Source: Nitrosopumilales archaeon
GTDB taxonomy: Archaea > Thermoproteota > Nitrososphaeria > Nitrososphaerales > Nitrososphaeraceae
DNA: 27,731 nt
Direction: 5' to 3'
Assembly: GCA_044507735.1 (NCBI GenBank)
Contig: JBIQJB010000025.1
Location: 1 to 27,731, forward strand
The notes beneath the pieces were generated by a model, which did no database searches, had not been told where the DNA came from, and saw nothing but the letters and a program-made list of their open reading frames with translations. The translations under genes were made by a program, and so were the position numbers. Within the stretch, counting starts at the first letter, position 1. Every line of letters begins with the position of its first letter. Shown here in pieces: positions 8,731 to 16,980 of this stretch.

Positions 8731-9558
8731 ATGCGCTGCGATTTTTGCGACAACGACGAGGTCATCCCATTCAAATGCCGGTACTGCGAAGGAACATTTT
8801 GCTCATCCCACAGGCTTCCACCAAACCACAGCTGCATATTTCTGGATGATTTTTTGAAGCAGCCTGCAAGAGACAAAGAATTTCTCAGACACATTCAGGA
8901 GAGAGCGGGCATGCCACACGAGCGCGTAAAATCTGCAATCTACGACGTCATATACCTCAGGTTCTCAAAGGTAGAAGTCCTCCACCTCGCCGTGGCGACC
9001 GCTCTAGTGGCTGCAGTCGGCCTGTCGTTCACAGGATACAATCTCCGGTGGGGCACTCTTGCGATATTTGTTAGCGCATTTCTGGTGCACGAACTTGCCC
9101 ACAAGTTCCTAGCACAATTCTACAAGGCGTGGTCGGAGTTTAGGCTTCTGCTCTACGGCGCGGTGCTTACTGCATTTTCGGCCCTGCCTATCCTCCCACT
9201 AAAGTTCATTGCGCCCGGTGTAGTCTGGCACAGCGGCAACCTGAGCATGGGACGCAGCGGAAGAGTCTCATGGATTGGGCCGCTCTCCAACTTGGCGATG
9301 GGCAGCGGCTTTCTCCTTGCCTATCTTGTGCTTGCAGCACTCGATTCGCAAAACCCAATCCTGCTCACAGGCGTATGGTTCAACGGGTTCATTGCTTTCT
9401 TCAACATGATACCTTTCATGGGACTGGACGGCCAAAAGATCTTTGCATGGAACAAGTTGGTGTGGATCCTGACCTTTGCGGCTGCTATCGGGCTTTTCGT
9501 GGGTGGGGACCTCATCGGTGGAGGAACCAGGTTTGGATTTTTCCGCAGGTTCTTTTAG
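8731..9558 (+). CDS. Site-2 protease (M50) with N-terminal AN1-type zinc finger
   Basis: AN1 finger CDFC...PFKCRYCEGTFCSSHRLPPNHSC, plus HELAH and FNMIPFMGLDG (NxxPxxxxDG) in TM segments. Confidence 0.9.
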   Translation: MRCDFCDNDEVIPFKCRYCEGTFCSSHRLPPNHSCIFLDDFLKQPARDKEFLRHIQERAGMPHERVKSAIYDVIYLRFSKVEVLHLAVATALVAAVGLSFTGYNLRWGTLAIFVSAFLVHELAHKFLAQFYKAWSEFRLLLYGAVLTAFSALPILPLKFIAPGVVWHSGNLSMGRSGRVSWIGPLSNLAMGSGFLLAYLVLAALDSQNPILLTGVWFNGFIAFFNMIPFMGLDGQKIFAWNKLVWILTFAAAIGLFVGGDLIGGGTRFGFFRRFF

Positions 9559-9616
9559 ACGCGGTTAAGGTGCCCTGCATGCGCCCGCATAGTGTAATAT
9601 AGCATGTTGTGCACAG

Positions 9617-9685
9617 AGAGATCCCGTGAATAACGGACAAGGGTTGGGTTTCGGCTCAACACCTGCCCGGAGTTCACGGGACTCT
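9617..9685 (+). ncRNA. Candidate structured RNA or long hairpin between convergent genes
   Basis: TCCCGTGAA (9622-9630) pairs with TTCACGGGA (9673-9681), CGGACA with TGCCCG, and GTTGGGT with GCTCAAC around a TTCG loop. Confidence 0.4.
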
Positions 9686-9689
9686 AGTC

Positions 9690-10142
9690 TTACTTTTTTA
9701 TCCTGTACAGATTCCTTCTCGATACCACAACCAGCTTGTTGTCCCTGGCCCGCGTTATCTCAAAGTCGACCGCAAGTATCCCATACCCTTTGTCTTCCTT
9801 TTTGTCTGATATAGTGTATTTCACCTCAAGGTCTTCTCCTGCATAGACCTCGCCCAAGAATCTGGTGTTTCTGTTGTTCCAGTTAGAGTCCCCATCCATC
9901 CCATACAGAAGCATTATGCAATCAGAAAACGCCGGCAGACGTGTCATTTCACCTTCTGCCCGGGCTATTATTGATCTGCCAGGCAGCATGATTCCCCGGA
10001 TACCTTCCTTTTCTGCAATCTCGGGGTTTTCATGCAGGATGTTTCTGGTGCGAGCAAATGATATGTAATTGGCAAAATCTTCACGGGTTATCTTTGTCGA
10101 CGCGGAAAAGGTCTGTCCGACCTTAAAATCCTCAAAGTTCAT
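9690..10142 (-). CDS. MaoC-like hot-dog-fold protein (dehydratase/hydratase family)
   Basis: MNFEDFKVGQTF, ITRED, NILH and RFLGEVYAGEDL fit MaoC. Start trimmed to ATG 10142 because the longer ORF overlaps the acyl-CoA dehydrogenase. Confidence 0.85.
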   Translation of the reverse strand: MNFEDFKVGQTFSASTKITREDFANYISFARTRNILHENPEIAEKEGIRGIMLPGRSIIARAEGEMTRLPAFSDCIMLLYGMDGDSNWNNRNTRFLGEVYAGEDLEVKYTISDKKEDKGYGILAVDFEITRARDNKLVVVSRRNLYRIKK

Positions 10143-10165
10143 GCCGCTCAAGCTGACAGGCTGAC

Positions 10166-10172
10166 TTTTATA
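10166..10172. promoter_or_regulatory. Putative bidirectional TATA box
   Basis: TTTTATA lies about 24-25 nt from both divergent start codons (10142 on -, 10197 on +). Confidence 0.55.
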
Positions 10173-10196
10173 CCTACGTGGGCCAAATTTTGGCAC

Positions 10197-11447
10197 ATGT
10201 CCTACGTGAATCTGTCGCAGATGGACTTTGAGCTTTCGTCTGCCCAGCGCGAGTTTCTGAAAAAAGTGGACCAAACATGCAGGTACATACGTCCATACGA
10301 GGAGCGATCATACCTTGAAGAAAGGCTCAACGACAGAGTTGTGCCGGCCTTTGGAAAAATTGGCATGCTCGGCTGCCCGATTTCAAGAAGGTATGGCGGC
10401 CTCGGATACGACATGCTCACGTACGCCCTTGCGATAGAGCGGATAGGTGAGGAAGGAGCTTCTCTCCGAACCTTCTTTTCGGCCCACACCTCCATAGGCC
10501 AGCTGGTTCTGCAGGGATGGGGAAGCGAGGAGCAAAAAAGGGAATACCTGCCAGATACAACGACCGGCAAGAGCATAATGGCGTTTGCACTGACCGAACC
10601 CGCTGCAGGAAGCGACCCATCTTCGATGGTCACGAAATTTGAGACTAAAGGAGACCACTATGTGCTGAAAGGGAAAAAACATTGGATCGGAAACGGCACC
10701 TTTGCAAACGTTATGACAACCTACGCAAAAGATGTCGACACCGGAAAGATTTCTGCATTCATTGTTGAACGCGATTCCCCGGGCTTGCGCACAGAGGAGA
10801 TGAAGAACAAGATGGGCCTGCTCACGGTAAAGAACGCGGAAATATACTTTGACAACTGCATTATTCCGAGAAAGAACCTAATAGGCAAGAAGGGTCAGGG
10901 CCTCAGCATTGCATATAGTGCGCTAATAGACGGCAGGCTCAGCGTGGCTGCAGGTGCAATAGGCATCATGAAAGACTGCTTGCAAGAGTGCATTTCGCAT
11001 TCAAAGGAAAGAAAGCTGCATGGCTCTGTCCTTGCAAAAAAGCAGCTGATCCAGGACCATATTGCGAGAATTGCCATTGGAATAGCAAGTTCCCGCTGGT
11101 TAGTCTACAGGGCGGCCGCAGCGAGGCAGAGATTGCATGAATATGTCGAGAGGGTCAGCGCGTCTGACAGGCCGTCAAAATTGAATAGAAGCAACAAAGA
11201 ATACTCTGTCTTGAGAAACGAGGCAGATTCGCTTGCAGCCATGGCCAAGTTCCTTGCGACCAACTGCGCTTTTGAAGCCGCGAACAGCTCGGTTCAGGTG
11301 TTTGGGTCTTTTGGCTATCGCAAGACTGCAAGAGTTGCGAGGCACTTTCTTGACACCAGGGCGACAATAATCTACGAGGGCGCAAATGAAGTTCTCAAGC
11401 TAAAGATAGCGTCGCAGGTGTTGGGCGACGATTACAGGGCGTACTGA
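10197..11447 (+). CDS. Acyl-CoA dehydrogenase
   Basis: GSEEQKREYL, FALTEPAAGSD, GKKHWIGNG, KMG and IYEGANEV (catalytic Glu). Confidence 0.95.
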   Translation: MSYVNLSQMDFELSSAQREFLKKVDQTCRYIRPYEERSYLEERLNDRVVPAFGKIGMLGCPISRRYGGLGYDMLTYALAIERIGEEGASLRTFFSAHTSIGQLVLQGWGSEEQKREYLPDTTTGKSIMAFALTEPAAGSDPSSMVTKFETKGDHYVLKGKKHWIGNGTFANVMTTYAKDVDTGKISAFIVERDSPGLRTEEMKNKMGLLTVKNAEIYFDNCIIPRKNLIGKKGQGLSIAYSALIDGRLSVAAGAIGIMKDCLQECISHSKERKLHGSVLAKKQLIQDHIARIAIGIASSRWLVYRAAAARQRLHEYVERVSASDRPSKLNRSNKEYSVLRNEADSLAAMAKFLATNCAFEAANSSVQVFGSFGYRKTARVARHFLDTRATIIYEGANEVLKLKIASQVLGDDYRAY

Positions 11448-11830
11448 CAACCACAACATTGCTTTTTGCTCTCGGCGGGGTTGTTGCAAGCAATATTGTA
11501 GCATTGCAGAAGGGATCATGCCTGATTGCAAAAAAAAAGACCGCATTAGAGGAACAGATCAAAATGACAATAACGAATATTCTTTTTCTCAGGAAAAAAG
11601 CCCGGTGACAGAAGTATGATCGGTAAATCGCTCTGTCTGTAAACGCCTACAGACAAATTCAAAGATCCCAGCTCGTAGACGTTACTGCAACAGTGGACGA
11701 GATAAAAGCAGACTACCAGTGCCTTTGCATCACGGACGTCCAAGTTAAGATGCTCTTGCCAGACGGCAACTCTGAGGATCCCGAAAAAAAGATTCCTTGC
11801 TTTAGTGGTTCAATAGTACGGTGGCGGCCA

Positions 11831-13066
11831 CTAGCTGGCAACTACTTGGCGCATCAGCTGGAGCCCTTCGTCCAATTCCTCCGGGGTGATAGTGAGAGGC
11901 GGTATGAACCGCATGGCTTTCTGACCGGCCGGCAGCAACAGAAGCCCTTTCCTGAATGCCCGCAAAAGATTCTCATCACGGCGCTTCTTGTTGTCAAATT
12001 CGATTCCCACCATCAGGCCAATCCCCCTTACATCCATTACGCCGCCTTTTCCGACAAGTTCCTCCAGCCCCTTCTTGAGCTTGTCGCCCATAACCGCGGC
12101 GTTATCAAGCAGCCTATCTTTTTTTATCACTTCGATTATCCTGGCACCGACTGCCATATCGATCCTGCTCCCGCCTCCCCACGTACTTGACATGGCACCC
12201 TGCTCGCCGGGGTCAAGTGCATTGTCATACGCTGCCATTCCCACCTGCAAAGCCTTGGCTGCACACATAATGTCGGGCCTGATTCCATGGTGCTCAAACG
12301 CCCACCACTTGCCAGTGCGCCCCATGCCGGATTGAACTTCATCCAGTACAAGCGGCACGCCATACTGGTCTGCAAACTTGCGGAGGTTCTGGATGAACTT
12401 GCTGCTGGCAACGTTGTATCCGCCCTCTCCCTGTACGACTTCACTCAGTATGAAAGCGACTTTGTTTTCAGCGAGCAGTTTCTCGGCTGCATCGATCTCA
12501 GGGTCAGAGTCGGATGTGCAGAACTTAATCCGCAGAACAGGAAGCTCGGGGTATCCCTTTTTCTGAACTGGTTTGCTGAACGTGAACGATAGCGCTCCAA
12601 GTGTCCTGCCATGGAAGGCGTTGACGCACGACACACCTGGAAGTGTTGAAGGTGTGGTTGTCGACATCTTGCGGTACGCGATCTTGATGGCGTTTTCAAC
12701 AGCCTCCGCTCCGCTGTTTACAAAAAATGTTTTGAACTCATTTGGGATTATCGAAGCAACGTGCTCTGACAGTTCGGCATGTTCTCTGCAGTAAAAGTCC
12801 TGCCCAGCGATCTTGTGTGCGCCACTCTTTGACATCTCTGCTAGGACTTTCATTATTTCAGGATGAGAATAGCCAAGCGGACAAGATCCGATGTTGGATG
12901 TAAAGTCAAGAAATGTGTTGCCATCTACGTCTTGGAGAAACGAGCCTGTGCCGTCTGCTATCACTAAAGGGTAAGTAAAAGTCGAGTCGTAACAATTCCG
13001 CCTCATCGTGTCTATTACTTGCCTTGCGGCTGGGCCGGGCGGCTCGACTACAATCTTGCTCTTCAT
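11831..13066 (-). CDS. Class III PLP aminotransferase (4-aminobutyrate/ornithine/lysine omega-aminotransferase-like)
   Basis: DVDGNTFLDF, NSGAEAVENAIK, FHGRT, EVVQGEGG, DEVQSGMGRTG, AKAL (PLP lysine) and STWGG. ATG 13066 preferred, TTG 13081 possible. Confidence 0.93.
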   Translation of the reverse strand: MKSKIVVEPPGPAARQVIDTMRRNCYDSTFTYPLVIADGTGSFLQDVDGNTFLDFTSNIGSCPLGYSHPEIMKVLAEMSKSGAHKIAGQDFYCREHAELSEHVASIIPNEFKTFFVNSGAEAVENAIKIAYRKMSTTTPSTLPGVSCVNAFHGRTLGALSFTFSKPVQKKGYPELPVLRIKFCTSDSDPEIDAAEKLLAENKVAFILSEVVQGEGGYNVASSKFIQNLRKFADQYGVPLVLDEVQSGMGRTGKWWAFEHHGIRPDIMCAAKALQVGMAAYDNALDPGEQGAMSSTWGGGSRIDMAVGARIIEVIKKDRLLDNAAVMGDKLKKGLEELVGKGGVMDVRGIGLMVGIEFDNKKRRDENLLRAFRKGLLLLPAGQKAMRFIPPLTITPEELDEGLQLMRQVVAS

Positions 13067-13255
13067 AGGAATAATTGCCAAGTGATCGTATTAACTTTGA
13101 CTACCACCACAACCACACATTATGCAGGTGTGCAGATTGAATTTGCCAGGATTGAGCATGATTTTGCAAGAGCTTGCAAGTACCGGAGGAATTCTGCAAG
13201 AACCCGATGCCAGGGAGCATCCTGACGCTAGCAACAAATAGCCAAGTTAGATAGT

Positions 13256-13645
13256 TTGATTGTGAATAGCAGACGCGCAGGCGTAATAGGAGGCGTGGCA
13301 GTTGCATCGGCAACCATCATCTTCCTGTCTTACTATTTCTTGATGACTGCTTGGGCTTACGTCGAAGTAGGCCCGGGCGGGCATGACGCAGAGATTGTAA
13401 ACCTTACAGATGGCGACATGCAGCGTTACCCGACGTTGCAGCGCCTCGTAGTTGAGGCTGACGAGTCCCGGGGTATTGTGCCGTCACGCGCACTTGAACA
13501 AATTCCAAGAACTCAAGCCGATGAAATAGCCGACCTTCTCAAATTACGCAATGAGGGGCCTCAGGCCGCAGGAGCATTTGCCTACAATGATACAACTTAT
13601 GGAATTTACATTTTCTATCAATACAACCCACCGCTCTTGCAGTAG
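13256..13645 (+). CDS. Hypothetical membrane-anchored/secreted protein
   Basis: Basic N-terminus, one hydrophobic helix, then a soluble domain. Start uncertain. Confidence 0.7.
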   Translation: MIVNSRRAGVIGGVAVASATIIFLSYYFLMTAWAYVEVGPGGHDAEIVNLTDGDMQRYPTLQRLVVEADESRGIVPSRALEQIPRTQADEIADLLKLRNEGPQAAGAFAYNDTTYGIYIFYQYNPPLLQ

Positions 13646-13854
13646 CTGAGTCGTCTGTGCAGGACAGGCATTGCACAAATCGGAGATCCGGTCCTCATAT
13701 CTACAGCTTAGCTGATCAAAATTCTGCCATTGTGCGGGGTGCCAAGGCCGCTCGCCGACTCGGAATGGAGTCGTGTATGCATTTGCCAATAAGAGATGGC
13801 GCAGCCGGCACGCCAACACTTAAAAAGCGGAAAAAATCAATCCTAGGCTCGTAT

Positions 13855-14013
13855 ATGGCTGCCCGCAAGAACACTTCACGCAAGAAGCGTTTACTGAAGC
13901 GCACGAGGCAAAACCGTCCGGTGCCCACCTGGGTAGTCATCAGGACGAACAGGAAGGTCAGGACCAACCCCAAGCGCAGGCTTTGGCGCAGGTCTGACGT
14001 CAATGTAGGATGA
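13855..14013 (+). CDS. rpl39e: 50S ribosomal protein L39e
   Basis: [13 protein letters not shown]...[28 protein letters not shown], 52 aa. TTAAAAA at 13820-13826. Confidence 0.97.
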   Translation: MAARKNTSRKKRLLKRTRQNRPVPTWVVIRTNRKVRTNPKRRLWRRSDVNVG

Positions 14014-14026
14014 TGTGATATAAAAA

Positions 14027-14416
14027 ATGGCAACAGTTGAAGAAAACCTTACACGTGTTTACACTATCAACCTTGGAAGGGCGTGGCTCACTCCAGAGCA
14101 CAAGCGTACTGACAGGGCCGTCAACATGATTCGCGAGTTTGCAACAAAGCACATGAAGAGCGACGAAGTGAAGCTGGAACAAGACCTCAATCGCCAGATG
14201 TGGGCCAGAGGCAAGACAAACCCACCGAGAAAGGTCAGGGTAAAGATGGTCAAGGACGAAGATGGTGTCGTGACAGTCTCACTTTACGAGGACGCGCCAG
14301 CAGCATCAACAGCTTCCACAGAGGTCCCTGCTGCAGAAGAAAAGCCAGAAGCAACAAAGGCAGCAGAAGACGCGCCCCCAGCTGAAACAGCCTCGCAATC
14401 AGAGCAAAAAGCATAG
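14027..14416 (+). CDS. rpl31e: 50S ribosomal protein L31e with acidic C-terminal extension
   Basis: RVYTINL, KRTDRAVNMIREF and LNRQMWARG..NPPRKVRV. Follows rpl39e. Confidence 0.97.
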   Translation: MATVEENLTRVYTINLGRAWLTPEHKRTDRAVNMIREFATKHMKSDEVKLEQDLNRQMWARGKTNPPRKVRVKMVKDEDGVVTVSLYEDAPAASTASTEVPAAEEKPEATKAAEDAPPAETASQSEQKA

Positions 14417-14809
14417 GGACAGGCGTCCAAGAAGCAGGCCCAAGTGTGTTATCCTTACACCCTCGCCTGCAGCAATTTTGCCTACCCACAGGGTAATGAC
14501 ACTTTACGCGAGAATGTGCCTGCCAGGGCAGGGAAGGGGGTCAAGATTTGATCTTGTTCACAAATACATGCATGCTGCAGCGCGATAGCACCGCCAACAT
14601 TTTTGGCTAGAGAAGAGCGAATGGCAAGGTGCTCACAACGCTGTGTATTTGTCAATATGCATACAGCGCATCATGGACACCAGGTAAATGGCTCAGGGAC
14701 AAGCGGTCACACATCGTCAGGATCGTCGCAACTGCAATCGTTAAACTCGCCAACAGGCAACAAAGATAGCCAGAGTTTGTTATCACTCTGTGCGAATACG
14801 ATGGCCAGC

Positions 14810-14974
14810 CTAATCCGTTATTTTCTCAAAACCCTGGCATGGGCAAATCCCCACCATGCACTTGTACCTGCCATTGATATGATAGTCTTTTTGGTGGCCG
14901 CAAGCGCACTTGCCAGATCGCAGCAGCAGCCTTCCCAAGACTGCAGACATTTTTGATCGATCTGCGCGGCGCAT
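14810..14974 (-). CDS. Small Cys/His metal-binding protein (start 14974 or 14950)
   Basis: CACGHQKDYH-x6-C-x4-CPCQGF. Minus-strand TTATATA at 15007-15001. Confidence 0.7.
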   Translation of the reverse strand: MRRADRSKMSAVLGRLLLRSGKCACGHQKDYHINGRYKCMVGICPCQGFEKITD

Positions 14975-15071
14975 ATTCCCAGTAAGTTGATTTTCGGCAA
15001 TATATAACCAACTGTGCAAATCAGCGTCACAGTAGCTAAGCTTTTAACCCTTCCAGCTCTCAAAGGATCGG

Positions 15072-15203
15072 ATGATTGAAGTCTGTCCTGTCTGCTACAA
15101 ATTTTTTCAGACCATCTATGACAAGAAAAAGATGAAAGAAGTCAAGATGGTTGAAGGCCAGCCATGCAAGAGCATGTACCACAAGAAATTGACGGACAGG
15201 TAG
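15072..15203 (+). CDS. 43-aa putative zinc-binding microprotein (not in ORF track)
   Basis: MIEVCPVCYKFFQTIYDKKKMKEVKMVEGQPCKSMYHKKLTDR. TTTTAA at 15042-15047. Confidence 0.7.
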   Translation: MIEVCPVCYKFFQTIYDKKKMKEVKMVEGQPCKSMYHKKLTDR

Positions 15204-15216
15204 CGGTCAAATTCAA

Positions 15217-15393
15217 TTAAGGAAACTTGCAGATCTCGCACTTGGAATACGTCTCGCCGTCAAGGTGGTTGAAATGAGTGCCGCATGATTTGCATGTGTG
15301 GTGTATATCGTCATAGCCGTCCGGCGCAACAAAAGAATGGCTTGTTAGCTGCTGGCTCTTACATACAATGCATCGGCAGCCGCATGTGATCAT
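15217..15393 (-). CDS. 58-aa Cys/His-rich microprotein (not in ORF track)
   Basis: MITCGCRCIVCKSQQLTSHSFVAPDGYDDIHHTCKSCGTHFNHLDGETYSKCEICKFP has 8 Cys and 5 His. Minus-strand TTTTATTA at ~15429-15422. Confidence 0.82.
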   Translation of the reverse strand: MITCGCRCIVCKSQQLTSHSFVAPDGYDDIHHTCKSCGTHFNHLDGETYSKCEICKFP

Positions 15394-15644
15394 TTCTTAC
15401 GGCATCTCTGCTTCATGCTTGTAATAAAACCCATTCGATTGCGAATATTGTTGTTCCGAGCAAGAAAGAAAGGATGCGGGCAACCCCGAATCAACAGCTG
15501 TCATCACCAATTCCCAGCAGGAAAGCGGTTCGCTTCCCACCTAGGGTGATACCAGAAAGGATAATTCTAATATAAGAATTAGCCAAATGTCGACTACTAC
15601 TTTTAAATTAGGTAGCCGCGGTAAGTAGCGGTACTGCAGCGATT

Positions 15645-15914
15645 TTGAGAACTAGCGACTTGAACACCAACAACCGGCTGATACCGGCGTCAGAGCTAAA
15701 GACTGCCATACTTAACTTGCAGGGCATCATCGGCAGGCCATTTGCTGAAACTCTTTTGGACGCGCTGGAAGAATCTGGAATCGACCTTTATGGTTCTGAG
15801 CGATATTCGCTGCACCAAATCAAGATCGAGCTAGCCGGTATCTTTGGAAACGAGGTGGCAGAATTGCTGATGCCAAAGATAAGAAAAAATTTGGCAGAGG
15901 AACAGGCCAATTAA
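15645..15914 (+). CDS. Small helical hypothetical protein (possibly DUF3227/NitrOD-like)
   Basis: Amphipathic helices ending LAGIFGNEVAELLM. TTTTAAA at 15601-15607. Family resemblance is from memory only. Confidence 0.65.
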   Translation: MRTSDLNTNNRLIPASELKTAILNLQGIIGRPFAETLLDALEESGIDLYGSERYSLHQIKIELAGIFGNEVAELLMPKIRKNLAEEQAN

Positions 15915-16008
15915 TCGATCAACACCGACTCGATGCATTCTTGCACATCTAGCTTACGATAGGGCATCCAACCAAAAATAGACAAAATGAGAATAGAAAG
16001 AAGCGGAC

Positions 16009-16980
16009 TTAATCGATTGCAGGTATGGCGAGCTGGATGTCCGGAGCGGAGTCAGGCTCGTCCCAGTCAAGTACGTCAGGGATAATATCACCCAGCGGGT
16101 CATACCGGTCGAACCTAGTCTTTTGCGGGGCGGATGCCAAGAGATGCACGCGTACACCGTCGCTCGCGGCCACCGAGGACATCGCCACTTCGGTCGTGCC
16201 CTCCTCCTTGAATATGCCTTGCACCAGGCCAACAATCCTGTTCAAGTCACCGACAGGAACCCTGTTGCCCCCCATGACATACACCATGGCCCTCTTGACT
16301 GTCTCGGCTTCAGGGACTGAATCATACAGCATAGCCACAGAGTCTCGGAGCGACGACTCCGAGCTAGCGCTGGGCTTGCTCGTGCACAGTATGTTCATCT
16401 GAGACCTCACTGTGCCAGTAGCGATAGACGATACGACCTCGACGATGGCACTATTTGTTATTGAAAAGCATTCTTCTTGAGAGAGTTCAGGGTTGTTTTC
16501 CAGAAACGCGTCATTATCCATCACGATGGTAGAATCAGAAGATTCCCTCACTCGCCTGAGGGCAGTGCCAGAGTTGAAAATGCGGTCCTTCTCAAACTTG
16601 AACGGCATGATTGCTATCGAGATTACGGCTGCGTCACCAGACTCCTTCGCCAGCCTGCATACCAGAGGAGCCATGGCAGTGCCAGAGCGGCCCGCCAGAT
16701 TTGAGACGACGATTATTGTTGAATAGCCTTCGAGAGCGGCCTTCATTTCACGCTTGTGTGCTTCCACAAAAGATCGCAGTTTGAGGCTTGATGGGTTGAT
16801 CCATTGCCCAGAATCGACAAAGATTGCCATGCATCTCTTATTGTGCACCAAGTCCTTCTTGTCATTGCTAATCAAGAGGCACTTGCATCCAAGAGCGGTG
16901 CTTGCCGAAGCGGCGATCTTACTTCCTGCGCCGCCTATGCCCACTAGCAGCATTGGATTCTTGACTAAAAGATCGGTCAT
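16009..16980 (-). CDS. ftsZ: Divergent FtsZ/tubulin-family protein
   Basis: LVGIGGAGSKI, degenerate signature NLAGRSGTAMAP, IMPFKFE and DSTIVMDND. Confidence 0.85.
   Translation of the reverse strand: MTDLLVKNPMLLVGIGGAGSKIAASASTALGCKCLLISNDKKDLVHNKRCMAIFVDSGQWINPSSLKLRSFVEAHKREMKAALEGYSTIIVVSNLAGRSGTAMAPLVCRLAKESGDAAVISIAIMPFKFEKDRIFNSGTALRRVRESSDSTIVMDNDAFLENNPELSQEECFSITNSAIVEVVSSIATGTVRSQMNILCTSKPSASSESSLRDSVAMLYDSVPEAETVKRAMVYVMGGNRVPVGDLNRIVGLVQGIFKEEGTTEVAMSSVAASDGVRVHLLASAPQKTRFDRYDPLGDIIPDVLDWDEPDSAPDIQLAIPAID

Noticed and set aside
10143-10274. N-terminal extension of the MaoC ORF
   Set aside because: Overlaps the acyl-CoA dehydrogenase gene and the TATA box. Family similarity starts at MNFEDF.
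11448-11830. ORFs 11546-11743 and 11693-12190 and an 8-bp hairpin at 11634-11655
   Set aside because: The ORFs lack motifs or are antisense to the aminotransferase. One short hairpin is too little evidence.
13657-13854. Long N-terminal extension of L39e
   Set aside because: A TATA-like box lies inside it, and ATG 13855 gives the normal 52-aa protein.
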